Positions 39,201 to 54,200 of a stretch of 64,000 bases of DNA are shown here, in pieces. The notes under the pieces are model-generated. The model saw only the letters and a program-made list of their open reading frames with translations. It made no database searches and was not told the origin of the DNA. The translations under genes and the position numbers were made by a program. Source of the DNA: Camelus dromedarius (lineage: Eukaryota); contig NC_087437.1 in assembly GCF_036321535.1 (NCBI RefSeq), forward strand, positions 61,382,001-61,446,000, written 5' to 3'. Every line of letters starts with the position of its first letter. Positions within the stretch are counted from its first letter, which is position 1.

Positions 39201-42200
39201 GGCTCTCCCAGCAGGCAGAGAGGTGGATGAGACCTTCCAGAGGTTGTCGACATAGCTGAAGTTCTACCCAGAGGGGCCCTCGGGTCTCACGCGGCCCAGG
39301 AGTTGGCCCAAGGCTGGGATGTTCCCTCCCTGCCTCCCTTCCTGAGTGCTAACTGGATGAACCTTTGTGCTCAGTTCACAGATAATGGCCAGATCATTTT
39401 CCCAGAGTACCAGATTTTCTCTGACCCCAACCCTCCTCTTGGAGGCTTTACAGCCCGGGACCCTGTGGCCATGGTGGCTCCATTCTGGGATGATGCTGAT
39501 TTCTCTAGCCACCGGGGAACCGTATTTTACCAGGTGAGCCTTTCAAAGCTCAGGGTCCTCCAGCCACCAGCAAGGAGAGACAAAGGGCTGTGCAGAGGGC
39601 CTTGCAAGTATGACTGCTGTCAGAGCCTGGGCTCAGTGTGGGTGGGGATTGAAACTTAACTATGAGGGCGGGGAGGAAGCAGATTAGGACACAACCATGG
39701 GAAGACCTGCAGGAGACAGTGATGGGGGCTGGTGATCCATCATTAGGTTTTAGAGTGAGATTGTAGGGGGTCTGTCCCAGAAAGCCTGAGTCAAGTGAAG
39801 CCCCTGCATGTGCTCCCGCATTGGGTTAATGATTCCATTCAGTGGGAGCTATTCACATTGTGAAAGCTACCACAGGTGGATATGGATCGTGCCGCCACCT
39901 CAGATGAGGCACTGTAAAAGGTCCAAAGATGGAGAAACACACACCTGTCCTCAAGGAGCCTCCAGTCGGATACAGGGAGGTGCAGATGGGTGCAGGTGTT
40001 CACAAAGTCCAAGCCAGTTTGTGCTAAGAGATGCAGAAGTTCAGGTCCAGAAAACTTGGGTTTCTGGGCCTTGAGTCACCACTCCACACGCCCCAGGCTT
40101 CCCAGAATTTGAATTGACCTTAAGGTCAGAGGAACTAACTGAAAATGTAGGCCCAGGACGCGGAAGGATGGGAGACAGGGGTGGACTGAAGTGAGCAGGA
40201 TCACCAGGCAGACAGTGCGGGGTCTCTCGTTTCCTTGTCCGTATCTGCCTTCTTCTCCTAGGAATATGAGACACTGTATGATGAATACAACCCACTAGTG
40301 CAGGGTGTGGAGTCTCAGATTAAAATGTTGACAGACGCCTGGATCTACAAAGCCAAGTGGACGCTAAAGGTCACGTGGGTCCGTGCCCCCGCCTATCCTG
40401 CCTGGAGGACCTTCGGGGTAAGTGGACCAGTGGGCAGCTTCCTGTGAGCAACCTGGAAGTCAGGCATCCTAGAATCCTACGTGAGGCCTCCTCTTCTAAA
40501 ATCCTCTTTGACCCAAGGTCAGATTGGTGATTATAGCACTGCCCTCCCCACTCACCCCCCAGCCCCCAACCTCCCACCCCCACCCCTCCTCCTCCAGCAC
40601 CCCAGCCCATTTGCTGAGCTTTCACCCTGTACCAGGTGTGCCTCTGCTTACACGACCTCATAGCAGCCCAGAGCACTGGGTATTAGGAGGTTGAAATGTA
40701 GGACATGGAAATTTTGTGAGTCAAAAATGGCTGGCTATTGGCAGTTTTATATGGTTCAAACTGATACTGTTATCCATGTATCAGAGATGAGGAAGATGAT
40801 AGTTAGAGAAGTTAAGCAACTTGCTCAAGGTCACCCAGCTAGCAAATGACAAAGCCAGAGGTTTCTCTGACCCCACCCTCTGGCTCTCGACCAAAACGCA
40901 GCCAATGTAATTGGGCACACCACAGCCCCCTAGTCTTCCCTCTGGCAGTCACAGAGTGCTTCCTTGTGTCTGGTCTGAAGTCACTGGTTGCTCAGTTGGC
41001 TCAGCAACTTACCTACTTTGGACAAGCACAGTGCTTGGCACTCGCCTTCAGAGACCCTCCAGCCTCAGCGGCCGTGGTCCTCCTTGCTACTTAGGTTGAG
41101 AGGACACTTGGACAATATCCTTAGCTATCCCTGAGGAAGCTCCTCGGGCCTCGCCCAGCTCTCTGGCACCTTGGCTAATCTCTCAGTTTGCTGAAGCTTT
41201 GTCATACAAACCCCTTCCAACTGGACTCTAACCCAGAGTCCTTTACCTCCCCTACCCCGGAAAGAAGTCACAAAGAAGGCAAATCCACCGTGACGGGTGC
41301 TTTAACACCCAGGGTGAAAGCTGCCTGCGCAGTCCCAAACTTACCAGTATTTCAAGCCCAAGCCTTTGCCCTGGGTAGGTCACGAAGAGGCGGCATGGGT
41401 GTCAGGCCCGGGGTGTGGGCTGGGTGGTGGGACATCCCAGATCTCTCACAAACATCCGTATGTGTGTCTCTAACCAATCCCCAGACCAACACCTACCAGG
41501 CCATCCTTTCCACAGATGGGAGCAGGTCCTACGCCCTGTTTCTCTACCAAAGCGGTGGGATGCAGTGGGATGTGACCCAGCGCCCAGGCAACCCTGTCCT
41601 CATGGGCTTCACCAGGTAGGCCAGGGAGGGGCTGTCAGCACTGAGTGGATACTAGGAAGGGTGCAGAGCAGGGGTTTCGCTGCACACACGTTCACATTGC
41701 CCAGGATGAGGCGCAAACCTCCTTGCCAATGCTGCTGACTTGCGCTGACTCGACTTCCCGCTTCTTGCCGTTTCACATTAAAAGATCCCTATTAACTCTG
41801 CCTTTCCTATCCCAGTTTCCGTGCATGGTGATAATAATTCCCACAGTTTTGACTTCTCGGATTTCCACGGACATTAGCTGACCTCTTTTAACTTCTCAAA
41901 AACCATCATAACAGCAGCCAACATTTAGTACGCCAAGTGCTTAATATGCGTAATTGTATTTGATCATCACAACAGCTCCATGAAAGAGAGAGTGTTAATC
42001 ACCCATTCTGCAGATAAAGGAACTGAGGTACATACAGACGAGTAATTGCTCAGAGTCACAGAGCTAGAAAGTGGCAAAACAGGAATTTGAACCCAAAATA
42101 TGAGGCTGAAACCTTCCTGACTTCTGACGGGCTGAGAATTAACCCCTCACGCAGGGGCACCAACAGCTTGTGTAAGGCTGGGGCAAAGACGGAGAGCAGA

Positions 42201-45200
42201 GGGATGGATGGGGCTTGGGTGGGGACGTGGGTTCCCAAGTGTGGCAGTGTCTCAGTCTCTGACACAGCAGTTCTCAACCATGGTACTTGTGCAATCGGTT
42301 GTGAAGTTCCCATGTAATTTGTTACTGGTAATTAACGTGCTGCAAATGTTTTTCTCTTAGAGTGTGTACTGGATGGCCCCTATAATTATGTTGCTTTCAC
42401 TTGTTTTTCGATGTGCCCTGAAGGAGAAAGGGGTGGAATTATCCAACAAGCTAGGAATTTCACACCATTCTGAGTGCACTCACAGAAGGTGTCACATCCC
42501 TGTGCGTCATCTGCCCTGTGTCAGAGGCGGGCGGGGATGGCGCATCCATGGCACCCGTCCTCACTCAGTCCTGAGGGATTTACTAATGTTACTGCATCAG
42601 ATCTTCACAATGCTGTGAGGTAGAGGCTACTGCGACCCCTTTCACACAGAGGTGAACACTAAGAACCAAAGAGGTTAAGTAACTTGCCCATGGCCACCAA
42701 GCTACCAAGTGCTGCAATGGGAAACTGAACCCATAACTGCGTAGCTCAACAGATCGGCTCTTAGCCCTCACAACCAGCTGTCCCCTGCAGAGCCCCCTCT
42801 CCAGCCCCTAGGTGAAGGGAACCTACCAGGAAGGAGGCCTGACCTGTTGTTTTCACACCCTGCCCATAACCGGCTTCCTGCAGTTAGCCATCTGATGTGG
42901 AATAAATTCGAGCCTCCTGACTCCTGCCCCATCCTTCTCTTCCCTTCTCCTGCTTAGTGCCGGGAGTCAGTGGTTCTAGCTGGTGGACTGACCAACTGTC
43001 AGAATAACTGATTGACCAGCTGATAACTAATGACTAGCTGGAATGAGTGAGGGACTGGCTGGCTGACCAGCTGGATGAATGAATAACTTGCCGACAGTGG
43101 GGAAAGACTGTGTGACAGAGGCCAAAGCTTCTTTCCTTTGTCCGCAGTGGAGATGGGTATTTCGAAAACAGCCCACTGACATTCCAACCACTATGGGAGA
43201 GGTATCGTCCAGACCAATTCCTGGATTCCAACTCAGGTAAAAACGCCACCTTACTACACTCGAGGAACCAAGTCCTCTTCTGTCTCCCACTCCATAGGCA
43301 ATGACAGTCCTGGGGGCAGCTCCCTTGCATATCCACCATCCCAAAGTGTGTTTCCAGCACCACCTAACCTCCTGCAGGTGTAATTCGGACTTGGCGCTGC
43401 CCAGGGAGCAGTGTATCTCTTGTGCCCGCATATAGGGCAGTCTCAGTTGGGGCTGTGTCCTCCCTGGGATGAGCCGAACCTGGGAGGGCTATCAGTGGGC
43501 CCAGATCCTTGAAGTAAGGACAGGGTGTGGCAGGAGGTGGGGATGTGAATGGGCAGTTAGGACCATTCTCCAAGTGTCTTGTCCCAGAGCTGGAATGAGA
43601 GCCCAGATGAGATCCCTTAAAGGAATCTACTAAGAGGAGATCCAGGGGTCTGACATCCACTCGGTCATCACTTATTGAGTAGCTGCTGTGTGTTGGACAC
43701 TGTGCAAAGAGCCAGGAATATGAAAAAAAATGAAAAAGACCGACTATGTTTGCTCTCAAAGAGCTCTTATTCCAGTAAGAAGGCCAGTACTTCAGGCCCC
43801 ATGGGCCTCTTCCGGTGGCCCCAAAGGGGAAAGAATTACAGTTTCCAAAATGTGATAGAACAGGGGACATTTTAACATTAGAAATTAGCCATGTAAATTG
43901 TGAAGCATAAATCCAATTTTATTTGTTCTGTGGCAAGAACTTCTGGAAGCTAAGTCAAATCATGGGTGCCATCTTGTGGAGAAAGCAGTCGTTTCAGATT
44001 AAGGCCCTTCTATCAAGATGCATCTGCTTGTGATGTAGAGGGTGCAGTGTGATTGTGTGTGTGTGTGTGTGTGTTTGTGTGTGTATGTGGGGAAAGTATC
44101 CCATGTGTTTCCTCTGTACCAGGCCATTGAGAAGATACACAAACAGATAATCATAAACAATGATTATTCTTTTCAAAACCCTATCAAATTGTAGTTATCT
44201 TGAGAATTTCTTCTTTTGTGTGGAAGCAGGGCCAAAATCGAATACATTATGTCCTGTTGTATTTCACTGGGCTCTGGAGTCCAGAGTCAGGGTTTCGCTC
44301 TGAGTTGGGTACAGGTGAGGCCTCCCTGCCCAGCACTTATCCAGGGTTTCACCCTAGGATCCAAGCTTTGAGATTTTGGAGGTCACATCAAAGCGGCCTG
44401 TAGGGAGGAGTTACTACCAGTCTGAACTGGGCCCATCCCTGGAAGAGCTGTTCAGAGTTGGGGGAGTGACATACAGAGGGGCACTTATGAGTTGTGCTTG
44501 TCCCTAAAGCTAACACAGAGCTTGTGGCCTCAGGCCCCAGAATAACCCTTCCTCTGCTCCCCAGGCCTCCGAGGGCTGCAGGTCTACAAGCTACACAGGA
44601 AAGAAAAGCCCAACCACCGTCTCAGGTGCCTGCAGTCATTGAAGAGACAGCCTCAGGGGCCCAGCCTCCCCTGCCCTTGCTCCTGGCAGCAGGGACTGTG
44701 GGACTTAAGATTCCAGCCCATCAACATAGGTGACACCCCCTTCCTGTCTCTTATGTCACCCTCTGGCCCCCACAGACCCACCCACCCTCTCTCTGACCAC
44801 ACGTGACCTGTCCCTTCCAGGACCCCCTCAGTTCCTCCCCAGAAGCACCCCCACCCCATTGTACCACCCCCCACAGGCACCCTGGGCCTGAGTACGTCTG
44901 GCTTGTTGCAGGCTGGTGGTATGCCGGCAGCAGCCAGCTGTGCAGCTTCTCCTCCTGGCGTGGGGGCGTCTGCTGCAGCTACGGGCTCTGGGGAGAGCTT
45001 CTCGAAGGCTGGAGAGTACAGAGTCCTTGGCAGTTTGGTACGTGTGTCCACCAAGCTCTCAACCCCGCCTTTTCTGGAGCTTTCTGTTCTTCCCTGTCAG
45101 AGCCCAGCCTGGGCTCCATGCCAGCTGTGGGAGCTGCAGAATGAGGCCTCTCGTCCCCATTTCCTCCCCGCTACTACCCATCTCTGACCCTCAATTTCCT

Positions 45201-48200
45201 GATCTTGTAACATTAGGAAGTTTCCGACTTCCCTTCCAGCTGCCATCTTAGGGATTTACAACTGAGTTCCTCTTGCTCCATCTCCGCCTGGCCCACAGCC
45301 CCAGCCCAGAATGGGGGCATCTTTCTAGGAAAGGGGAGGGGACCTGGTCTGACCCTGTCGGTCCGGACCCAGATTAGCAGGCTGTATGGGGGAAGACGTG
45401 GAGTCATCTCCCACAGATACCCTCCAAAGGAGCTAGAAAGCACAGGGTTGGGGGGCCAAAGTGTGTCTGCCCCCATCTTCTTCCCTGTAATCGCAGCAGC
45501 CTCCTTAGTCCCCAGACCACCAGCCATGACTTCTCACTCCCAGCACTTTGAGAGCTGTGGGACTCAGCACCCCACCCTTCAAGAAAGGAAGGACCCTGTG
45601 CCCGGCCCATTGGGAGCTTTGCTGCTTGTGGCTCTGACAAGTCCGAAAAGGGGACTGGTCAATGGCCCAAGGTCGTTGCGCAGGGCAGGATCTGAAGTGA
45701 GGTGCCCCTGATTCCCAAGCCATGCCGGTGCTGCCCGTGTCATCCTGCCCAAACCTCCCAGCTGGGGTCTGCACGTCCTCCACCTCCCCAACAAGCTTCC
45801 TTCCCCACAGACCAAGAACTGGAGGCTCAGAACTGGTGCTGCCGCTTCAACGACAAGCCCTCCTTTTGCGCCCTGTACCAGCTAAGGCGGCCCCGCATCG
45901 GCTGCTCTGGGTACCAGCCCCCAAGGCCCGGTGAGGCTGCTGGAGCTTGGCCCTGGGGCAGGGCCAAGGTGGAAGATCTGGCAGGGGAAGGGGGAGAAAG
46001 CCTCTTGGGGTCTGGACCAGGGTGGCACAAGCTTCCTGGGGCAGGGCTGTGGCCACAAAGGAAGATGGACATGGTTCCATTGTGCAGAGATAGCAAACAA
46101 GGGACTTTATACATGTCCTTGAGGGAAGGGGAGATAATGAGAGGTGGGTGGGGGGCACACAATGCAAGGGAGCTTCCGGGGAGTGTTCTAGGCTCCATGA
46201 GCACCTCCCCAGGCTGGAGTCTCCCAGGCAAACACCCTGCCTGGGGGCAGTGAGAAATCCCAGCCCCTTCCCTGGTCTGCCATGCCAATGTGGTGCCTTC
46301 TTTTTTCCAGCCTGGATGTTCGGGGACCCCCACATCACTACCTTGGATGGTGCCAATTACACCTTCAATGGGCTGGGGGATTTCCTGCTGGTCCAGGCCC
46401 AGGACAGAAACTCCTCCTTCATGCTGCAGGGCCGCACTGCCCAGACTGGCTCAGCACAGGCCACCAACTTCATTGCCTTTGCCGCTAAATACAGCTCCAG
46501 CACACTGGACCCCATCACGGTGAGGGGGATGGCACTCCCCTCCCAGAGCACCTTCAGCTACAGGAACTTTAGCTGGAATTTGAGGCCCAGGAGGAGACTG
46601 AGGAGGAAGAAGGGAAGGGGGCAGGAGGGAAGGAGGCTGCATCCTGCCAGCACAGTGTTTGAGTCAACCCTGAGACAGACACAGGATTGGGGTCCTGGCT
46701 CCACCAGCTGTGTGACTGAAGAAATGACTTAACCTCTGGTGCCTAGTTTTTCTGATAGTAAAATAGGGATAATAATATACCTGCCTCACAGGGCTGTTAT
46801 GAGATTTAAAAGCTAATCTAAGAAATGTGCCCAGCTCAGAGCGTGGCGGGTGCTAAGCACCCTGCACACGGTAGCTAGATCACCTTGTATCATCTCCCCA
46901 TCACCCTCACCTTCGTCCAAGGCCCAGGCTCTACACTCTCCTCGCAGCCTCCTTCCTTGGCCTCTGGGCCCACCTGCAGGTCGGGCTTAGGCCTCCACCA
47001 ATTCCTTTCCAGGTTCAATGGTTCCTTGAGCCTAATGACACAATCCATGTTCGGCTCAACAACCAGAATGTAACGACTACTCGAGAAGGAGCAGAAGGTA
47101 GGCTGGGGACAGCCATCAGCAGCCCTCTCCTGCTTCCCTGGGTCAAGGTCAGAGTCAGTGGGGTGCCCGGCATGGGGGAGCAGGGTGCAGGGGTGGAGAG
47201 GCAGCAGCATCGCGGCAGAACAGAGAGGTCACCAGCCCTGCGTCCCTCCAGCAGCTATGCCTGAGCAGTTTCTTCACCAGAGCAGAGCATCAAACTTGCC
47301 CTCTTCACTTCTCTCCTTCCTCTGGGTCTGTGTGTGACAGCCTCTTGGTGGCAGCCCCGTCCTCAGTCCCCAGGGAGAAGTGGATGGGGTGGGCTGTGAG
47401 GATGTCCTGTGGGTATGGTTTCGCGCTGCTGGATGGAGTAGGACCCTGAAGGATGTCTCCCAGCCACTCTCAGTCTCCTCTGCATCTTGAACCTTCATTA
47501 CTGCCAGTCTTGGGCCTCCAGAGCTCCAATTCTGGTTGCTTCCTCATCTGTCTCCCCACATTCTAGGCCAGGTGATAGTCAACACCACTGGAGTCATAAT
47601 GACCCGCAATGGCTCCATGGTGTCAGCCAACTTCGATGGGGCAGTGACCGTCTCAGTGATTGCTCTCTCCAACATCCTCCATGCCTCCTGCAGCCTCCCA
47701 GAGGAGTACCAGAACCACACAGAGGGCCTCATGGGTAAGGAGCAGGCAGGAGCCTGACTCTGCAACAGGCGCTCAGGTCCCCAGCCCGCAGCAGCTCCCC
47801 ATCCTGTGGGCCTGCGGACCTCCCAGATGGGGCTTCCTTTCTCAGCCTCCTTGGAGTGGAGCCCTGGGAGGGTACTGAGCTCAGGAAAGGAGGAGGCACC
47901 TCTTCAGCTACCTTTGAAGCTCACTTCCCGTCCTCCTGAAGCTCTGGTTCCAGGGCAACCAAGGGGGCATCAAGGATGGGCTCTGGGGAGTGTGGGTCCA
48001 GCAGCTCCCTTCTGGTTTCGCACCTCCCCACCCTCCTTCCACCCCCAACATTCTCTCTCTTCCTTCTTCATTCCCTCCTTCATTTTCTTCTTCCCTAAAG
48101 CTGAGGGGAGGGCTCTGAGGTCATAGTCCTTTCTCCTTCTCCTGGATAACTGAACCGAGAACACATGCAACTGGCAAAGGCTCCCCAGGCTCCCTCCTCC

Positions 48201-51200
48201 TCCCCACATCTCCATATGACCTGCTGGATGCTCCCCAGGGAAGGGGAGGGTCACAGTTCCAGGGTGGCCAACTCCTGCTCTGTTCCTCAGGGTTCTGGAA
48301 CGGCAACCCACATGATGACTTCAGGATGCCCAATGGCTCCACCATTGCCTTGGGGAGCACTGAGGAGACACTTTTTCACTATGGAATGACCTGTGAGTCT
48401 GGGCCTCAGAGTCCTCGGGCAGATGGGGCAGGGCCAGGATAAGGGAAGCTGCTGCACTGCCTCCCTCAGTCCTGTGGGAACCGGACCTCTGTCCTGTGTG
48501 AGGGAGGGATGGAAAGGCCAGGAAGAGACCTGAAGATTCTGGTGCCACCTCAGATTTGTCCGCTCCACCCTCAACCCACCTGAGTCCCTCTATCTGGAAG
48601 AGAGGAAGTGGGTGGCCCTCACTCACTAGAGCAGGCATTTCCAATCTCAGAAGCTGGAAGTCACTCTGTCCCTCCATGTCCCCATCCACCCCTCAAACCA
48701 TACAACATGAGGATAAGGGGTGGACAAGAAAGAAATATAACTAAACGGTCCCACCACCATCACATCTCATGTGTTTTAGGGGAAATCAATGGAACAAGCC
48801 TCCTTGGCAAGAGGAATGACCATTTGCCTTCCAACTTCACCCCTGTGTTCCTTTCACAACTGCGGGAAAATAAATCCTTGAATGGAAATTTGACCTCCCA
48901 GTGTAATGGAGATGAACAATGCATCTATGACACCCTGGCCACACAAAATGTGGAACTTGGACAACACACTGGGATGCTCTTTAGAGTTTACCAGCAGATG
49001 AACTCCACCCTGAGTAAGTGGTGGGTCCAGGGGAGGCCTGTGCAGAGTTACGGAGCAGATGAGGAGCCCCTGCTTCCACGACACTCCTTAAAGCTACACA
49101 TCTTTCAAATTTAATAGTTTCTTTTTCTCATGTTATTCCTCTGTTCAAACCCTTCCATGACCCACAGCTCACTCTGTCCTTATGTCAACCTTCAAAGTCA
49201 TTCCAATCTGGCCCCATTGCCTCTCCAAACTCTTCTAGTGTTCTCGCCTCACTCCCTCCATTCCAGCCCCACTGGCTTCTTTCTTCTTCAGACATGCCAG
49301 GCTCACTCCCAACTCCGAGACTCTGCATGTGCTATTCTCTGCCTGGAGCACCTGCCCCTAGACAGCCACGGGCCTGCCCCTCACCTCCTTCGAGTCTCTG
49401 TTCAAATGTCACCTTCTCAGCGATGCCTTTCTTGGCTAGCCTGTCTAAAATTTCATGTTCACCACACTTCCTATTTTCCTTCCCTGCTCAATTTTTTTTC
49501 TCCTTAACATGTATAACTATCTAACACATTTTCAAATTTTCATCGGTATCTTTCTTATTTGTTCATTGCTGTGTTCTTACCACCAAGAACAGTGCCAGTC
49601 GTAGAGTAGGTGACAATAAATATTTGTTGAGTGACTGAATGAATAAACGGATGAATCAACAATGAAATGGAAATAGCAGGGCTCCAAAACACAGGGACCG
49701 GTGAAAGGGCTTCACCCCTCTATTTGCTGACAAATGCAATGCCCGTGAGATATGACCCTCGTGGTTTTCGGCCCTCTTCCGAAGGTAAAACTCTGCATTG
49801 GTCTCAACAACCCTGTCCTCTGGTTCACTTCATACCATGCCCAGCATGGCATTCTGATCAGGAAAGAACTTGAAATAAACCCTGTTTGGGGAGAAAATAA
49901 AAGAGAACAAAGATTTGGCCTGGTGGGCAATACAACCGCAGCCTGATTTGCGTAGGTTTGAGAGCAGTTACACAGGATAATTCCTGCTTCTGGAGGTGGG
50001 TCACAGCCCTGGGAATGCCTCTTACAAGCCAGAGGACTAGAGAAAGAGAGAGGAGGCCCGGAAGGCAAGATAGTATCCTGCCTCAGACCCCGAATCCCTT
50101 CTTTGTGTCTCAGATCAGTACCCGCCCCCTATCGAGGGTCTTCAGGAGCTGAAAGCCTTCACCGGACAGACCACTCAGGTTCGTTATGCCAGCAGTGCTG
50201 AGAACGTCACATTCACGCTCAGAAACAACGGCGCTGACTTCAAGCTCTTTGGTAAGAATGCTTGACTGGGGCCATAGCTGATAAGGTCAGAGTCAAGCTT
50301 TGGGTAATTTTGCATTTATACCCTGTGCAACTTCATGTCATTTTTCCATTGGAATACCCAGGACCAACATTTCTAGGAATTATTCCTATAATTTGGATAG
50401 ATGGCCCATAGGGACTAGTAGTGATGGGCTTATGATGATTTTACCAGCTAACCCTGGTGACTCTGGGCACATGCAACTGATTCAAAGATCATTTCATCTA
50501 CTGGTTTCCGGCCTTTTGGCTAAGATCCAGTGTAAAGATCATTTCATCTCAATCTTACAAAATGCAATCATCTTTAATCATCTTTATGCAATCACCAAAT
50601 TATTAAATATAACAATGAACAAAGGCTAATTTAAAACACTTTCATATCTGTTCAAAGAAGGATATCATATAGAACAAGATTTAAAGAAATATAAATACCT
50701 TCGTTCAGTACATTCTCACGTGTTTACCTAATTTTGCACCTCCTTGAAAGCTTCAACTTTCCCTGTCAGTAACGGTGTGGAGACCCCAGGCCTGGACCCT
50801 GATCTGGGTTAAGAGTCAAAGCCCACAGGAGGCAACCTGCTTTCTGTTGCCAGCACTAATTAAGCTGGTGACTGTACTTTGCTAAATCAAAGCCCTTAGG
50901 GACCTTATTCTGAGCTCTGAGCACTTCTCTGACACATTTCCTTTCTCTGTGCTTAAGAAAGGACTGCTTTGCCTGCATCCTGTTGCTCCACGTGGCATCC
51001 TCCCAGGTGCCCAGTCAATGGCAGCAGATTTTCTCCTCCACTGGGCTCCTTTCCTGAAGAGTGATGGCCTGGGAATTACTCTCATCTGTTCCCTACTATC
51101 TGCTCCTCTCAACCTATTGTTTCCAGGAGACTTCCCTATTTTCTTGCACAACGTAAGACAGGTTTGATCAGAAGAGTCCTTATTGATATGCAGCAGTGTT

Positions 51201-54200
51201 TCACTGTAGTCTGGTGTCTGAAGGCGGCTAGTGAAAGGTCCAGGAAATGAGAGCAGTGGGTGAGAAATCAGGGCAAGGGATGGGGCTGCCGGGAAGCTGG
51301 AGTCATTTTCTTCTTCTCTGCAGAAGACCTGCCAAGTAGCCTGGGCAAGTGTTGGGAGCATCCTGGCCTTCATCCTCCATTACCCTTAAATGTCCTGTCC
51401 TTTGGCCCAGGCAGGGTGGCCCTTTGGGGTCCCTTCAGAGGGGCAACTGCCTTCCCCTCTGTGGAGCCCCACCTTAGAATCCCTTAGTTGGGCTGGTGCC
51501 ACCTCCAGCTTGGGGCGTGCTCAGGAGGATCACTCGAGGAAGCCAGTATTGCTGAAAGAAATGGTTGATAAGATTGGACAAGTGGTCTGGGGAGGTGGAG
51601 AGGAGTCCAGCCTCAGCATTGGGGTATTAGATGCCAGGATGTGTCAGACAGCAGAGCAGATGTGACTCCCCACTCTCAACAATCTTGTCTTCCCTGGGGC
51701 AGAGAATGGGACACTGCTATGGACACCAAAGCTGCTGGAACCATTTACTCTGGAGATTCTAGCAAGAAGTGCCAAGGACGGCTTGTCATCTGTGCTCAAG
51801 CCAAGGACTGTGGTCTGTGCTTGCAAGGCAAAGAGCCAGTGCTTATACAACCAGACCAACTGGGTGGGCAATTCCTCCCTGGAGGTGAGTGTTAGAGAAG
51901 GATGGGGAGGGAGCTTTCGTGTTGAGGGGAAAGGAAGTGGAAATTGAAGGGATGTTGTCATTGAATGCCTGTGATAATGTGTGTATCGGGAGGTGGGTGG
52001 AGCTGTAGTAGGTGAGAGGGGCTGATACCAATCTTGGGCCACAAACTTGCAAGTATAAGAAATAGAACTTTCTTTACTGCTTATAGCTCAACTGAATTTT
52101 TATCTCTCAGCCTCCATTCAGTCAGGCCTGCAGGAAACTTCCACCTCAGCCTTTCTTAGAGTTGCCCAGTAGTTCCCAGCTCCATGTTCTGGAATAGGAC
52201 ACTGAAGCATAGAGTAGGAAGGTGCCCTTGTGGTCCCTGGCCCTGGGTCTACACGGACCACAATCTCCATGCTCCCTCCCTTCAGACTGAAGGAGGCACT
52301 CTGTGGCTCTGGTGCCTTTGCTCAGACACAGGAGACCTTCTGTACAGTGGCTTAGGGTCCCATCAGCCTAGAAGCACTGCACGGCCATTTCTTTGAGACC
52401 TCATCCTCATGGTGTTGAGAAGAGAGGCACAGCTCTCCTCTGAACTTGGCACCCCTGAAACTCTTTTTCTGTCCCTTTCACTCTCTTCCTCCAACTGAAA
52501 GAAGCATCTCTTTCGCAGTTTGGAGAAAATCCTTCTCCATTCAAGTTTCTAGCCAAGATATTTGGCCTAAATCCATGAATCTGGTGCCATCTGCATTTAA
52601 AAAAAATTTTTTTTTGTTTTATTTGTAAAGGGGGAGCCAGAAAGGAAAACGTTTGGCTGGCAATACCCCACCACTTCCTTCACCCCTTATACACACACCC
52701 CAGTGCTGAAGCATGAGCAGAGAATTCCTGCTTGAAAGGGACAGGGGTAGGGGAGTCCAGGAAGAGAAAAAAAATGGGGGAAAAAGGGATTAAAATCAAT
52801 ACATTATTCTAGATATCCCAAGATATCCAGTCTTGGAAGTAGAAAGTGTTGAAGGGTTCTGTTGCAAGGAGCTTTCCAGAGTCATCGCCGTAGGGGAGAA
52901 AAGAAAGACCAGGAGTGTGATGAGGTTTCTGGCACAGTTCTCCCCTGTGCCCTGTTTCTGGTGACTGCGGGCTCTCACGCTCAGCAGCTCTGTCTTCTTG
53001 GTTGGGAGTCAGCAAGGGAAGGGAGAACGGGAAGCTGCAACTTACATGGGGTCCAGTTTTCCAAGGGTAGTAGAATGTTTGTTTATTTAGCCCCCATCTT
53101 ACTCTAGAAGGGATTTCAGGCAAGGAGATAAGATGTGAGAGGGAAGAGGCTGAGATCCCAGGCAAGGACCAGGCAGAGGGCTCAGGGCAAAGGACGGCCC
53201 AGGGAGATGACAAGGCCCCAGGACAGTCTGCCTTTGGGCAGGGACAGGCAGGCCCAGGGCCTGGCCAGGAAGGTGCTTGGTGGATACTGGCAGAATTAAG
53301 ACAAGGACTCAGACCAGAGGGATCAGTACAGAAACACCCAGAAGCCCTTAATTGTTCAGCCCCCTGGCCACCCAGTGATCAGCAACCCATTCCAGGTGGC
53401 CAACTGCATGTGTGACGAAAACACCTTTGGCCAATTCTGCGAACGCTCCAGTGACCCCTGCGATGTGCCGTGCTTCCAAGGTGTGAAGTGCATTCCTGGG
53501 AAGGGCTGTGAGGCCTGCCCTCCGCACCTGACTGGAGATGGACGTCACTGTACATGTGAGCTGGGGACAGGGATTGGCAGGAGGTGGTCCTGGGGACAGG
53601 TGACATCTCTAGGGCCTGGGACAACCAAGGGCAAACCACTTCTCCCCATTTGCCAGCAAGTCTTTAGAATGTTGAGTACAGGTGGGTAGGATAAGGAGGG
53701 AAAGCAGGTAGGTAGGGTGTGAGACTGAAGGAGAAAACATTGTACAGGCAGGCAGGAGAGGCCAGAGCAGCCTTGAGGCACCAATGTGGGAAACCCAGGA
53801 CAAAAGACAGAACATGGCCTGGAGAAGAGATGAAACTTCTAACAGCAGCCAGGGAACAAGAAGCAAGCCGGGGTGGGGCCCTCAGGCTCCTAAGGGTTCT
53901 CTGAGATGCAGGGCCCAGGGTCTCTGCCTCTCCCCAATCAGACATTTGGAGGGGCTGCCATGGGCATCAGGCAGCAGGGGTGTCTTGTCTTCCCTTTGAG
54001 TCCTCCTCCCACCATCTGTTTCTGGATCTCTGAGTCACCTCGACCTCTGAGCCATGAGGGGCATCACATCACGGTGCGGCCTCTCTTAAGCCCTCTAAAG
54101 CGCCCCAATGAAATCTAGAGACCACTGCGTCTTCTGAGCAGAGACCAGAGAAGGTAGAACCACAGCCTTAGAAAGGTGAGAAAGGGGATGCCAGTGAGGA

